Assembly: GCA_951406725.2 (NCBI GenBank)
Contig: OX597816.1
Coordinates: 92,876,001 to 92,940,000 of the forward strand
From: Octopus vulgaris
Taxonomy: Eukaryota
Length of the DNA: 64,000 bases
Reading direction: 5' to 3'
The position numbers and the translations under genes are program-made. The notes beneath the pieces are model-generated. The model was not told where the DNA came from and did not search any database. It saw nothing but the letters and a program-made list of their open reading frames with translations. Shown here one piece after another: positions 28,958-42,156 of this stretch; positions within the stretch are counted from its first letter, which is position 1, and every line of letters begins with the position of its first letter.

Positions 28958-30380
28958 CCTTTTTCCACGGACTCCAAGCAATATCTACCATTCAACACAT
29001 GCCACCCCAGACACAGTAGAATGAATGTCTCTTCTGACCTGGCCAAAAGGATTTACTGTATGGTATCTGATACAAGCACCAGGAACACAACAACTACATG
29101 AGCTAAAGGATACACTCATCAGCAGGAACTGCCCACCATCACTATTTGATATTGGTTTTCAATGTGCCCTACAACTAAAAATCCATGAACTCAGACATCT
29201 CAAACTAAGGAATGAATTACAACTAAAAGCCCTAGCATACATATCCACACACAACCCCCTAAGCAATGAGGCCTTTGACACCATTCTCCAGAACGTTCTG
29301 TTACTAAAAAGGAACCATAGAATGAATCAAATTCTCCAAATGCACATCATCACAAAGAGCAAAAGACAGCTCAAGCCAATGGAAAGTATTCTAACACAAG
29401 CCCAAGTACACTCATCAACAACATCGAAACTGATAGTAAACAAATGTGTAAGACCTAACTGTGGTATATGGGTTTACTTAATTGAGGGATTGGAGTTCTT
29501 CAAACAGGGTCGTCAGAAAACCTGATATATGTGGTAACTTTCTCAGGGAGTCAAGAGTAATACATTGGTCAAACTAAAAACGGTCTATGCTAGAGGATGA
29601 CCATACATAGACCCCCAGATTAAAATACAGAAATACAGAAAAATAGCATTAAGTGAATACATTGACATTTGTGCTACTAATGAACAACCCAACTTTAGAA
29701 TGTTTCCCCTCTATAAATTTAGGGACAATGCAACCTATAATCAGTGCATTAGCAAAGAATCATGTTTTATCATGAAATATATGCTTCCACCACATATGAC
29801 ACTACTACAGGGATCTTAAAATAATACCCACAAAAATATTAAAAACAAAAGATATATTAAGAACAATCGCTATACATGAATTGATTTAGAACAATTCCTA
29901 CTAATACTGTTGCTACAACCACAACAGGTCACTTTGAGGCCACATGGCCATTAAAGTAGATTCTACAGACACCCTCTACTACTGGGTGATACCACTCCCA
30001 TCCTTTTCTTCTTCTTCTTCTTCTTCTTCTTCTTCTTCTTCTTCTTCTTCACCTTCTCTTTCTTTGGCTGCTGCTGTTTAAACCATCAAACTTCAGAACC
30101 AAATATATCTCTGCACCCATAAGAACAATTTTTCAGATCTGCTACTTCCTTAAGAGCCTTCACAAAGCAAAGGAGAGCATAACAGAAAAAACGAAAATGC
30201 CCTACCTATTTAAAGACTATGGAAATATTTACAAAATACTACATTTAAATTTTTCTTCAATCTAATTGTTTTTCTTCTCAGTTAATATCTACCTGTGTTT
30301 TACTTAGGTGAAAAAGTCAAAAAGACAGAAACCAGTATTTATTATTTTAGTATTTTCTACTTTTTCTTATTTTCCTTATA
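28958..30380 (+). mobile_element. Penelope-like element 3' portion (RT thumb/linker, GIY-YIG endonuclease, pLTR-like tail)
   Basis: Frames give CHPRHSRMNV, YISTHNP, KSKRQ, KCVRPNCGI, LIYVVT..G.QE*YIGQT and RMTIHR. A decayed HHR-like motif lies at 30308-30337. Confidence 0.8.
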
Positions 30381-30684
30381 CATATCAACTTGTGAGTCAT
30401 TTTTCAACATTCTACACACACACACACACACACATATTTATCTTAACAAGTCAACATTTACCTAAGGCAAGGCTTCTTCTCTAAAGACCTTCTTCTGTTC
30501 AGTCCTCCCCAAAATTTCTTATAATTTTATTTATAAATAGAATAAAATAGGAGTAAGATACTTTCCAATCTCCATGTGATTTATAGACAAACAAACAGAT
30601 AGACAGACAGGCAGACGGACAGATAAAAGACAGATAGATAGACCAACAGGAAGACAGTAGGGCAACAGATATATATATACTCAC

Positions 30685-31080
30685 AGGCATGATTGTGTGG
30701 TTAAAATGTTCATTTCCCAATCAGCTGGTCTTGCATTCAGTACTCTTGCATGACACCTTGAGCAAGTCTCTCCTATTATAGCTCTGAACTAAGCAAAGCT
30801 TCGTGAGAATAGTTAGTAGATGGAAACTGAATGTATATATGTGTGTGTGTGTGTCCTTTTCTTGACACTATGCAATAGTTGTATATGAGCAACATCATCA
30901 TATAAGCAGTGTTATTCCAATCTGGCCTTAGAAAATATCCTTCAAAAATTCCATCGGATCTATGCAAGCATGGATGGAAAGTAGACATTAAAACAATGAT
31001 GACAATGGTAGCAGCAGTGACAACAACAATGATGATCATGATGATGATGACAGCAATGACAATGAACATCATGATGAAGG
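30685..31080 (+). mobile_element. Degenerate CORE-like SINE with RTE-type tail
   Basis: aggcatgattgtgtggttaa...accttgagcaagt...gtagacattaaaacaatgatgac. Confidence 0.6.
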
Positions 31081-32066
31081 TCACTCTTGGAAAATATATT
31101 AAAATGCATTCAAGTCAAATAACGGTTCTGAACAACCCAGAAATATCATTCGTCTGTTATTTGTGCACTGAGAATCAAACATTACCAACAGGGATTTATG
31201 ACCTGAATTAAATTGGAAAGAGAAAATAACACATGCAATGAAAATTAATTCGTTATTGATAGTTCATTTCCAACTTTAATGATCAATGTCTGTATATCGC
31301 TAACATATCTTTCTTTAATATGGACAATTTTTCATGTAAAAGAACAAACACACATCTGGTTGTTGCCACTGCTTGTCTAGGATTGGTGAAGTTTGGCCAA
31401 AACAATGAATCAAAACACAGATGGAAGATGAGAGAATATTGTATAATCAGTTGATCCTACTTTCAGGTGAAGCAGATCAGATTAAGCAAAGACAACTGAC
31501 AACTAGCTTCAGCTAGTATTTCTTATTGACCAGGTCATAGATCAAAAGCTTTGAACTATCATCAATTGGATACTCAAGATAGATTATTATCAGATGGCTA
31601 ATCATAACAACAGCTGGCTTTTCATGAACTTTAGAGAGGCTGAAAAGTAAACTATTTTTGTTCATTATCATTATTCTTCTTCAATATTTATTTAGCTTAC
31701 AGTCTGGAAGGTGGTAAGTGCTACTAATGTTATCAGTATATGGCTGTACTGTTGGAAGTTTGTATCTGTTTGCCTGTCTGTATCAGGTTGCTGCTATCCT
31801 GTTACCAACATTTACTTTTCTGATTTAACGAGCAAACTTTAACCCAAGTCACATTGGTGAATGAAATGACATCATTAGCATTCACCAATCTAGCTTTGGT
31901 TAGGATTTCCACTCACATAATGATGGCTAAAACAAACTAAAACTCTATAGAACTTTACAATATGCTTTCTAATAGATCCTATGTATCTGAATTTCTAGGT
32001 GACCGGGCAGAGACTCTTTAATTGGCTCAAAGAGTACACAGTATTTAGAGCAGAGTTAAAGAATAA

Positions 32067-32254
<188 letters not shown>

Positions 32255-32429
32255 TATTTATAGTCCACAACATCATTGAGGCTGTTTTTGTAATACAATG
32301 TTTTGATGTTATTGGGAGGTAAATATAGCTTTGAGTAGAATAAACTATAGTTTGATAGTGTTGCAATTCTGATTCAAAAGTTATGAACGTCTTTAGATTT
32401 TGAGAGAAAATAAAAGAAACCAGGGTCAT

Positions 32430-34001
32430 TAGAAGTGTATTTTATCATTTATTGAAGTTTTCTTCATCACTACTGCCTGAAGTATCACTTTCACCATCAC
32501 TGATTTCATTTTTGGACACTTTATCATTTTTAATAGCTCTAATATGCTTGTAAAGCTTGTTCAGATGAGAATTAGCTTTGTTAATGCATCCTTAGACTAT
32601 TTTGATCTCCAGATTCCGAAATGATGTATACAGTCATACCAGCACTCGCTCAAAGGTGATATTTATGGTGTACTGTCTTCCTACTTCTCCTTTGACAATG
32701 GCCCATATGAGCTTGATTGACTGCAAATTGGAATGATGCAGTGGAGAAATGATGACCTTATGACCTCTTTCTCTTGCCATGGAACAAATAACTGAAAATA
32801 CGTGTAGTTTGTTGTACTCCCTCAGCTTTTCTCCTAGCACACACTTCAGATCTGTTTCAAATGGAATTTCTCATGCTCAACATGAAGTCTGTATTTGAGC
32901 CTTCTTTCATCATCCTTTTGGTGTCGATTCAGAGTAATTAGAGTGATATTTGGCATTGTTCATCACAATGACAGCATTACTAATCCCTTGGTCATCAAAA
33001 GCTTTGAAGAGCTCCATCCACTCAACAAAATACTAGTGGCTAAACATTCCATGGTAGTCTTTTGTTTGCTTTCCTCCAACAAAAATGAGCAGAGTGTTCT
33101 CCATTGAGTGAGCCACTTGATTTTCTTCTGGCACCATGTAGTCAGGATAAATGGCTATGATGAAACAGTATTGCTTTCCTTTGTGTTGTATTTTTACTTG
33201 TTGGTTCTGCTCATCATTTGGATAATGCAAACTGTCGTCATGTTGAGCATAATTCTTGTGAATATAGCTTTCATCCATGTACACAATTCATCACCTCTTC
33301 ACTGTGTTGAGAGAAACCGTATAACGATCCGACTTACGAATGTTCTTGTCTTGAAGCTTGTAGCACATTATTCCTTCCTTCTTTCCACCATGGTATCCTT
33401 TTCACTTGAGGAATCTTTGAACAGATCACAGAGCTGCTTGGACTTGCTTTGGTTGATCACAGTCAATAGCAATGAAACCATTTTTGATACAGCTGTCCAT
33501 CACACCTCGAGCAACTGTCCTAGTGTGAATTGCCCGATGATCTCTGACAAATTTCTGGATTATGGAAGTCACAAGATGAAGATGAGGAACTACTGAAGCC
33601 TTTAGATTTCAATTTCCAGTAATTTTCTGCTCTGAAATTTCTCCAGCCTCAACAAATTTGGTCCAGGTTTTGCCACAGAATTTATTACTTCGACCAAGGA
33701 CATTTGCAGTACGGTTTGTGGCATTTGCATTCTTCTTCATTTGCCCAGGTCTCTTATTACTGTGCAGCACAATATGTTCATGATAAAATTTGGCTTGTAC
33801 AGAGAGAATATCCTGCTTCTCCTTGGTAAGTCCCCTCGGTTGATATTTTTTTTCCCGGAACTTCAAAGATTTAAGAAATGGTTTATCCACAAACTTATGC
33901 ATCTTCTTGAGAATGCAAGAAACAACATTTCCCTGTCTTTTGTTTCTTCTCAGCTCCAAAACACAATCTTCAATTTGGTCCTTTTCTTCATTTCTTTCCA
34001 T
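32430..34001 (-). pseudogene. Disrupted IS630-Tc1-mariner transposase with long D-E spacer (Sailor/DD82E-like)
   Basis: YMDESYIH (D1), KDYHGMFSH, VIVMNNAKYH (D2 to N at 32958-32960), GHKVIISPLHHSNLQSIKLIWAIVKGEVGRQY (E to K at 32712-32714). The D2-E distance is 243 nt, about 81 codons. Several frameshifts and stops. Candidate TA-flanked end at 34246. Confidence 0.8.
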
Positions 34002-35857
34002 AACTTTTGATCTTGGAGGGGAGAGAAAAATAATTAATGGTGCAAACGAAAGATCTCAACAAACTCTATTCAACGATATAATGAGGTTAGACTAGCAGTA
34101 AAAACTGAGTAAAACACAAAATAGGCCTCAGTTGTGTCACAGACTGTTAGTCGTAGAACAAACCATGATCTGGAAATCCAATCGGGAAAATTCTCACCGT
34201 TTTGAAATATCTAGGACTACATTGTCCATACTTTTTTTGAAGGTGGTACAGCATTATTCAAGAGAGTTTAGCTGCTATTTCTGGGAGATCAAATAACTCC
34301 ATAGAGATGCCTTAAATAGTTGTTGCAGTTGTTTTCAACAAGGCTACTCCTTATTAAGCAGACCTACAATCATTGGATTAATGGCATTCTGGCTGCTGCC
34401 ATCCTGTTGTTCTTGTATATAAGTAAAAGAGCCACTAAGTTTATTGTTCATGTAGTAAGCTACAAAATTCTTATATTCTCTTGATTTCCTGTAATTCAGA
34501 CCACCCAGCAGACAAAATAAAAAAAGTGTTGCTCTGGGCAATAGCAAAAGAGAGAACTTCAATATAAACTATAGCCCTTTTTTTCATTTTTACTTTTTCT
34601 TTCTTTTCTTGAGATGACAAGGAGATTTGAGAGCATCTGGTTGCTATTTCTTTCAGACTGAGTGACTGCGAAAATATTTTTCACTGGTTTATTTACTAAC
34701 ATTTTGTAAAAGCATATAGATATACAAATTACAATGGGAAGTAGAATTATTCATTACAACTTTAATAATAGTATGTGTAATGAAAATACAAAAGAGTAGA
34801 ATCAGTGATAACTGTGAAAATAAGGTTAACAGAAGTGTGAGAAACGATGTCATCGTTGCTTCTTTCTACCATATGAGGGGTTCTCTATAAGGGTGTTTAT
34901 TTTTTCTGAAATATTATTTGACAATATCTCTGCTATTTATTATTTTTGTTGGTGAACTTACAAATTGATTTACTTTAGTAGTGGTTTCTATCTGTTAGTT
35001 TTTAGTAGCATTTTAGTTGTGTTTTTATTGGCATTCTGCCATACATGAGGGAAGTTGCCAGCACTGTTTTATTCTTTGTTGTTTCACCATCACAAAATTA
35101 GTTTTCTTTCTGTCTAATCAAATCATCCATTTTCAAAAACTGTAAGACACATTTTCATCTAGTTCACAGTTATTGAACCTCATAAATCTATCAATTGTTT
35201 TACTCTACTTTCAACTACTAAAAGCAGTGGTTTCCAAATGGTGCACTATAGAACTCTGCAGTGTTGTAAAATTTAGCAAGATGCTTCATGAAAATAGTTA
35301 AATTGTCATCATCATTGTCATTATCACTCTTTTAACATTGACTTTTCTGTATTTTCATTGTATTCACTAAGGTAAACTTTCTGTAACCAGATGCCCTTCC
35401 TGTCACCAACCCTCTTCTATTTACAAGCAATGTAAAATTTCCCCAGGGCCAGACATGTTTTTCACTGAAGAATGGAAATGGATGATATTGTTTATGTGAT
35501 GTCGCTACTCATTTTCAACCATTACACAATGGCAAGACAAGAAGAAACATACAAATTCACAGAAATACATACACATACACACACGCACACACACACACTA
35601 ACACACATAGTATATATGTATATGAATATGTGTGTATATGTATGTATTGGGTCATCCCATGTATATGTGTGTATTGGGTTATCCCATAAATAATGTATAT
35701 ATGTATGTATAATGTTTATGTATGTATATGTATATATAGTGTATATATGTATGTATAAATAATGTATATATGTATGTATAATGTTTATGTATGTATATGT
35801 ATGTATATGTATATATAGTGTATATATGTCTGTACAAATAATGTATATATGTATGTA

Positions 35858-37116
35858 TTGGGTCATCCCATAAATAATGCAGTTTTTTCACTTGCATGAA
35901 CTAAAAGTTGGAGGGGCATGGGATAAACTACCTGCATCAACTTGCTATAAAAGCAGGAATTAATTTTACCTTGTACTTATTCTTAATGCAAGTTTTGAAG
36001 AGTGCAGTTCGATTTTAACATTTATTTTCTCAAAGCTATAATGAAAATGATAAAGAAGCATATTCAGCATATTTTTGCTTTATGAGTTCAATAAAGCCAA
36101 CAGAGCAACAGAAAGTGTGAAGAATATTGATGCAGTATATGGGAATTGGACATTAATTGTAAGCTAGTGTCAACGTTGGTTCCAGAAATTCCAAACCGGA
36201 AACTACAGTCTGAAGACAAGATGCATCCTGGAAAATCTGTAGAGCTCAACGAGGACATCCTGCCAATCCTATTGGAACAAAATCCAATTGTAACTGTTGA
36301 GGAACTAGCAGAAAAGCTTGGATTTGGTCATTCGACCAGTCATTCAAAAGAAATTACCATCTTTGGTTTCAAGATGGAAAATGTTCTTCCATCAGGATAA
36401 TGCTCGGCCAAATAAAGCAAGGATGACATTCCAAAGGCTGGAGCAGTTTGAATGGGAAGCGATGCCCTACCCACTATATTTGCTGGACATTGCCCCATTT
36501 GATTATCATTTATTCTGCAGTCTTCAAAATAATTTGAACGGAAAAAATATGAATTTTGTAGATGAGCTCATAACAGTACTGAATGAGTATTTTTCATCAC
36601 AGACAAGTGAATTTTAGAAGAGGGACCTTGCAAGTCTACCAAATAGATGGAAAAGTATTGTAGAAAATGGAGGAGTGTATAAAAAAAAAAGGAGCACTCT
36701 GTTGGTTACGATGATGAGGGTCCCAGCTGATATGATCAATGGAACAGCTTGCTCGTGAAATTAACATGCAAGTAGCTGAGCACTCCACAGACATGTGTAC
36801 ACTTAACATAGTTCTCTGGGAGATTCAGCATGACACAGAGGGTGACAAGGCTGGTCCTTTAAAATACAGGTACTACTCATTTTTGCCAACTGAGTGGACT
36901 GAAGCAATGTGAAATAAAGTGTCTTGCTCAAGGATACAATGCGTCGCTGGGAATTAAACTCATGACCTTAAATTGTGAGCTGAATACTCTAACCACTAAG
37001 CCACGTGCCTTCACTGGTGGAAAGTATATTTTAGATTAAAAAAGAACTATTGTTGATCTTAATTCTGAAGAATAAAAGAGGTATAAAAAAACCACATTGT
37101 TTATGGGATGACTCAA
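35858..37116 (+). mobile_element. Internally deleted mariner (DD34D) transposon
   Basis: TIRs ttgggtcatcccataaataatg and cattgtttatgggatgactcaa; FHQDNARP...PYPLYLLDIAPFDYHLF motifs in ORF 36318-36617. Confidence 0.88.
36692..37015 (-). mobile_element. tRNA-derived SINE nested in the mariner
   Basis: Minus head gtgaaggcacgtggcttagtggttagag...; shares its tail with 41168-41350. Confidence 0.8.
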
Positions 37117-37130
37117 CATATATATATATT

Positions 37131-37184
<54 letters not shown>

Positions 37185-37395
37185 TACACACATATATATA
37201 TAGTCATTACAGATATAGGGTGAAATATAATTAATTTAATAAAATCAACAAATTTCACCTACTAGTATTTCGGTGTGGAAAAGGACCATATTCGGTAAAA
37301 ATTTATATAATTATAATAATAAGGGTTTTTTGCAACAAGTTGCTTAATATATATATATATATATATATATATAAGCATATATGTGTGTGTGTGTG

Positions 37396-37570
37396 TATTA
37401 TTCAAAACAGTTTGATTTGGATTCCTTGCTACTTCAAGTTTCAAAGCCCCTAATAGGGCCTTTCTTGTCAGACTGGTAAGGGATTCTTATCAGCCTGGTG
37501 AGCTAGGCCTCATTAGGGGCTTCAAAACTTGAAGTAGCACGGAATCTGAATAAAACTGCTTTGAATAATA
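37396..37570. mobile_element. Fold-back MITE-like hairpin with ~65-bp arms
   Basis: tattattcaaaacagttt...ctacttcaagtttcaaagcccctaat mirrors attaggggcttcaaaacttgaagtagc...aaactgctttgaataata. Confidence 0.75.
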
Positions 37571-38067
37571 TATGTAACTCCCAATGGAGTTACTCACTCA
37601 CATACACACATGCATACAAAATGATGCTTCCTTTCAGTTTCCATTTACCAAATGCATTCACAAGGCTTTGCTCAACTCAAAACTACAGTACAAGTCATTT
37701 ACCCAGAGTGACTTTCAGTAGTGGGATAGAAATTTCTTAATTATACAGCTATACCTGTTAAGTCAGTGAAAAAGAGTTAAAATAAATTTCATGAATTTAA
37801 ACATATATACTGAAGATCAATTATGAATATATTTATCTTAAATTTTCCACAATATAAACAACATCACCCAGATACATGAGGCATATCTTTCTCATCAGTA
37901 ACGAAGCTTTGATTATTGAATAAAAACATTAATACTTAATTATATATTGTAATTTAAAACATTTATAATTATTGGCTGAAGTGGTGTTTCTGAAATGATG
38001 TGCAGCCATGTGGTTGTGAAGCAAACTTTTAAATCACACAGCCATACCTGTACCTATGTATATGCAT

Positions 38068-38116
<49 letters not shown>

Positions 38117-38262
38117 AAAGAGAGAGAAAAGAGGAGGGATAGAGAGAGGGAAAGACAGTCAGACAGTTGACAGACAAACAGCAGGCAGATAGACAGATAG
38201 ACAGACAGGCAAATAGATAGATTGATAAATATGCATACATATATTATTCTATTATTCTTTTA

Positions 38263-38645
38263 TTCTTTTACTTGTTTCAGTCATCTGGAGCACTGCCTTT
38301 TGTCGAATGAATCAACCCCAGGACTTATTCTTTGTAAGCATGGTACTTATTCTATCGGTTCCTTTTTACTGAACCGCTAAGTGATAGGGACGCAAACACA
38401 CAAACATCAGTTGTCAAGCAATGGTGGGGGGACAAACAGACACAAATAGCAAACACATTCAATTATATATATATATATATATATATACGATGAGCTTCTT
38501 TCAATTTCCATCTACCAAATGCACTCACAATGCTTTGGTTGGACCGAGGTTATAGTAGATGCCTGCCCAAGGTGCCATGCAGTGAGACTGAAACTGGAAT
38601 CATGTGGTTGGTAAGCAAGCTTCTTACCACACAGCCACTCCTGTA
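38263..38645 (-). mobile_element. CORE-like SINE
   Basis: Reverse match to 26391-26805. Confidence 0.8.
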
Positions 38646-38730
38646 CCTTTACATATATGTATGTATGTATGTATATGTATGTGTATATATATATATATGT
38701 GTATATATATATATATGTGCATGTATATAA

Positions 38731-38833
38731 AGTTAATCCAAGCAAGAAAACACAAAAAAACACAGCAACGCGAGAACGTGGAACAAATAAAGTATTATTA
38801 GACGCTCAGGAAAGAAGGAAAGAAGGAGGGTTT
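38731..38833 (-). mobile_element. HHR family A 3' fragment starting at the predicted cleavage site
   Basis: Minus strand reads (TA)n-aaaccctccttctttcc...ctgagcgtctaataatac...ttggattaact-(TA)n. Confidence 0.8.
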
Positions 38834-38883
38834 ATATATGTATATATGTATGTATGTAACCAACATTGTAGCTGTAGCCTGTG

Positions 38884-39172
38884 ACCCCTGACTGGCTCCA
38901 ATGCTGGTGGCACATAAAAAGTACTATCCGAATGTGATCAATGCCAGGGCCGCTTGACTGGATCCTGTACTGGTGGCACATAAAAAGCACCCACTACACC
39001 CTCGGAGTGGTTGGCACAAGTAAGGAAGGAAGGGCATCCAGCTGTAGAAACATTGCCAGATCAGATTGGAGCCTGGTGCATCTACTGGATTTCCAGACCC
39101 CACTCAAACTGCTCAACCCATGCCAGCATGGAAAACAGACAATAAACGATGATGATGAGGATGATGATGATG
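38884..39172 (+). mobile_element. RTE 3'UTR/tail fragment
   Basis: Homologous to 16680-17002, with a (GAT)n tail. Confidence 0.75.
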
Positions 39173-39984
39173 TATGTATATATACATACATGCACATGTT
39201 TATAATATGATGAGCTTCCATTGTTTCCATTGACCGTATTTCACTCACAAGGCATTGGTTGGTCTGCTGATGTAGAAGACAACAGTTCAAGTTGCCACAT
39301 GATAAAACTCAATAATGTAAAGCCATGTGGTTGGAAAACTGACTTCTTAACCACACAGCCATGCTTTATATAACACTAATGAGAGATTGATGAGCTTCAA
39401 TGACTAGTATGAACTAAATGAAAATGTGTCTTCAATTTTGGAAAGTGAATGATTTGATCACACAGTGTGAAAACTAATTTTGTGAAAGTAAAACAGCAGC
39501 TGCAACAACAACAACAACAAAACAATAATAATAGCAACTTACTTTGCCTATGTCAGTAAAGACAAAGCAAAATGTCAAAAATGGTAAGCATAATGTTTTT
39601 TTTTTTGTTTTCTCTAAATATTTAATTTAAATCATTGTCTTTTTTTTTCTTTTAAATTATCTATGCAAATAGAGCTGCTATTTTTCATTTGGTCTCCAGT
39701 GTACCAGAATGTCAAAATTTTAAGAAACATTGGGCAAAACTATATATTTTAACAAAGTGCACAAAAAATATTTTTATTTGCTCAAAAGTGAAGTGAGCCA
39801 TAAATAGAGAAATGTTTGCCAACCACTGGTTCAATGACATACTAATATAGTTGCCCTGGGATGCCCGCATTCTGTTTTACAAGACTGAATGAAGTAGCTT
39901 TATGCGCTACCATTTAAAAATGTCCACCACCATCACCACCACACCACTATCATCATCATCATCATCATTACTGTTGATCTTTTT

Positions 39985-40260
39985 TTAACTCTGGCTTTGT
40001 TGGAACTCCTGGAGTATTGCATGCATAGCGGGCTTGCTATCTGCAGTCTATGGCATCATGCTATCCGTTCTTTTCAGCTGTCTAATACTTTCTTGATTAT
40101 TCTGGCCATGCCAAGGAAGCAAACTTTTGTAACAGTTCTACTGGGCACTCTATTCCAATTTCCTTTATATTCTTCTTGATGCCATCTCATACTGTCCCTA
40201 AGGACCCAACAATAATTGGCTCTCTCCTCTTTGTTTTCCATAGCCAGGTTATTTTGTACT
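39985..40260 (-). mobile_element. R4/Dong-like (restriction-endonuclease-type) LINE 3' remnant
   Basis: Minus frame PIIVGSLGTV*...KEIGIECPVELLQK, resembling the C-terminal PIVVGALG...LQKA.LLGT motif. Confidence 0.6.
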
Positions 40261-40317
40261 TAAGAGGATTGTGTTTGTTGTTGTTGTTATTATTATTATT
40301 ATTATTATTATCATTAA

Positions 40318-40530
40318 GTTGGTGAGCAGGCAGAATTGTTAGCACGCCGGGTAAAATGCATAGCAGTATTTCGTGTGTTTTTACATTCTGTTTTCAAATT
40401 CCGCCGAGGTTCAGTTTGCCTTTCAACCTTTCGGAGTCGATAAATTAAGTACCAGTTGCATACTGGGGTCAATCTAATCAACTGGCTCCCTCCCCCAAAA
40501 TTTCAGGCCTTGTGCTGATAGTAGAGAGGA
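40318..40530 (+). mobile_element. MetaSINE-like SINE between (ATT)n tracts; second head fragment at ~40686-40775
   Basis: Matches 22466-22640, followed by (ATT)n(GTT)n(ATT)n at 40530-40685. Confidence 0.75.
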
Positions 40531-40547
40531 TTATTATTATTATTATT

Positions 40548-40652
<105 letters not shown>

Positions 40653-41167
40653 TTTATTGTTATTATTATTATTATCATCATTATTAAGGTGGTGAGATGG
40701 CAGAATTGTTAGCTTGCTGGACAAAGTGCTTAGTGGTATTTTGACAGTTTTGTCTGTGTTTTTTGTCCTTGAGTCAACTAATTTATGTGATTCTGCTACG
40801 TGAATCTGTGATGAATTTTCTATCAGCATTACTTTCATATCATATCACATCAGAACAATTTCCATTAAAAAATATAGAAAAGAAACATATTGAAGATGAA
40901 GGGATTTTTATTGTTGTTGGTACATATTTGTACCTGAAGTAACATAATTTAGGTTACACATTTCATGCTTCACATTTCAACTGTTTCAAAACTTATTAGG
41001 GCAAAAATATGAAAATAAACATGATCTGAAGGAAACAGTGCAACATTTTCGTCAAGACAGCATTCAGTTACTCAGGTTTGTTATCTTTTAATATTTCATT
41101 GTTGATATATAGTTATAAAATAGACGAACTGAAAAACCTACAGTAAACTGACAAATGACAATTGAGA

Positions 41168-41552
41168 TGGAAGCACTCCGTCGGTTACGACGATGAGGGT
41201 TCCGGTTGATCCGAATCAACGGAACAGACTGCTCGTGAAATTAACGTGTAAGTGGCTGAGCACTCCACAGACACGTGTACCCTTAACGTAGTTCTTGGGG
41301 ATATTCAGCATAACACAGAGAGTGACAAGGCCGGCCCTTTGAAATACAGGTACAACAGAAAAAGGAAGTAAGAGTGAGACAAAGTTGTGGTGAAAGAGTA
41401 CAGCAGGGATCACCACCATCCCCTGCCGGAGCCTCATGGAGCTTTAGGTGTTTTCGCTCAATAAACACTCACAATGCCCGGCCTGGTAATCGAAACCACA
41501 ATCTTACAACTGTGAGTCTGCTGCCCTAACCACTGGACCATTGTGCCTCCAC
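41168..41552 (-). mobile_element. tRNA-derived SINE
   Basis: Minus head tggaggcacaatggtccagtggttagggcagcagactc...ggtttcgatt, related to the head at 23452. Confidence 0.8.
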
Positions 41553-41884
41553 AAAAACAACAGCAATAGTGATAGCAATAAATAACAATTAATCTATAAA
41601 TCAATCATCATCATTGTTATTGTTGTTGCTGCAATGTCCACTTCTCCATACTTGCATGGGCTGGATGGAATATTGTTGAGGCAGATTTTCTCCTGTTAGG
41701 TGCCTTTCCTATCACAAACCCTCATCTGTTTCCAAATATGATAATATTCCTTCATGATTTTACACAGAAGGTCAGGAATGAAGGACATCACTTACAGGAG
41801 GGAGACATTAGTTTTTGACTATAACATGATATCAAGGCAAGGAAATTGTAATACACACACACTCACATGTATATATATATATAT

Positions 41885-41939
<55 letters not shown>

Positions 41940-41971
41940 CATATGGAGTAGAAATGTGAAGCATGAAATAT

Positions 41972-42156
41972 GTCATCATTATCATTTAACATTTGTTTTT
42001 CATGTTGGCAAGGGTTCAATGGTTTGATAGGTGGTGATCAGCCAGAGAGCTGCAAGAGGCTCCAGTTTTCTCTTTTGCATGGTTTCTACAGCTGGGTGCC
42101 CTTCCTAATGCCAACCACTTTACAGAGTGTACTGGGTTCTTTTTACATGGCACCAG
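41972..42156 (-). mobile_element. RTE 3' tail fragment
   Basis: Matches 19625-19815. Confidence 0.65.
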
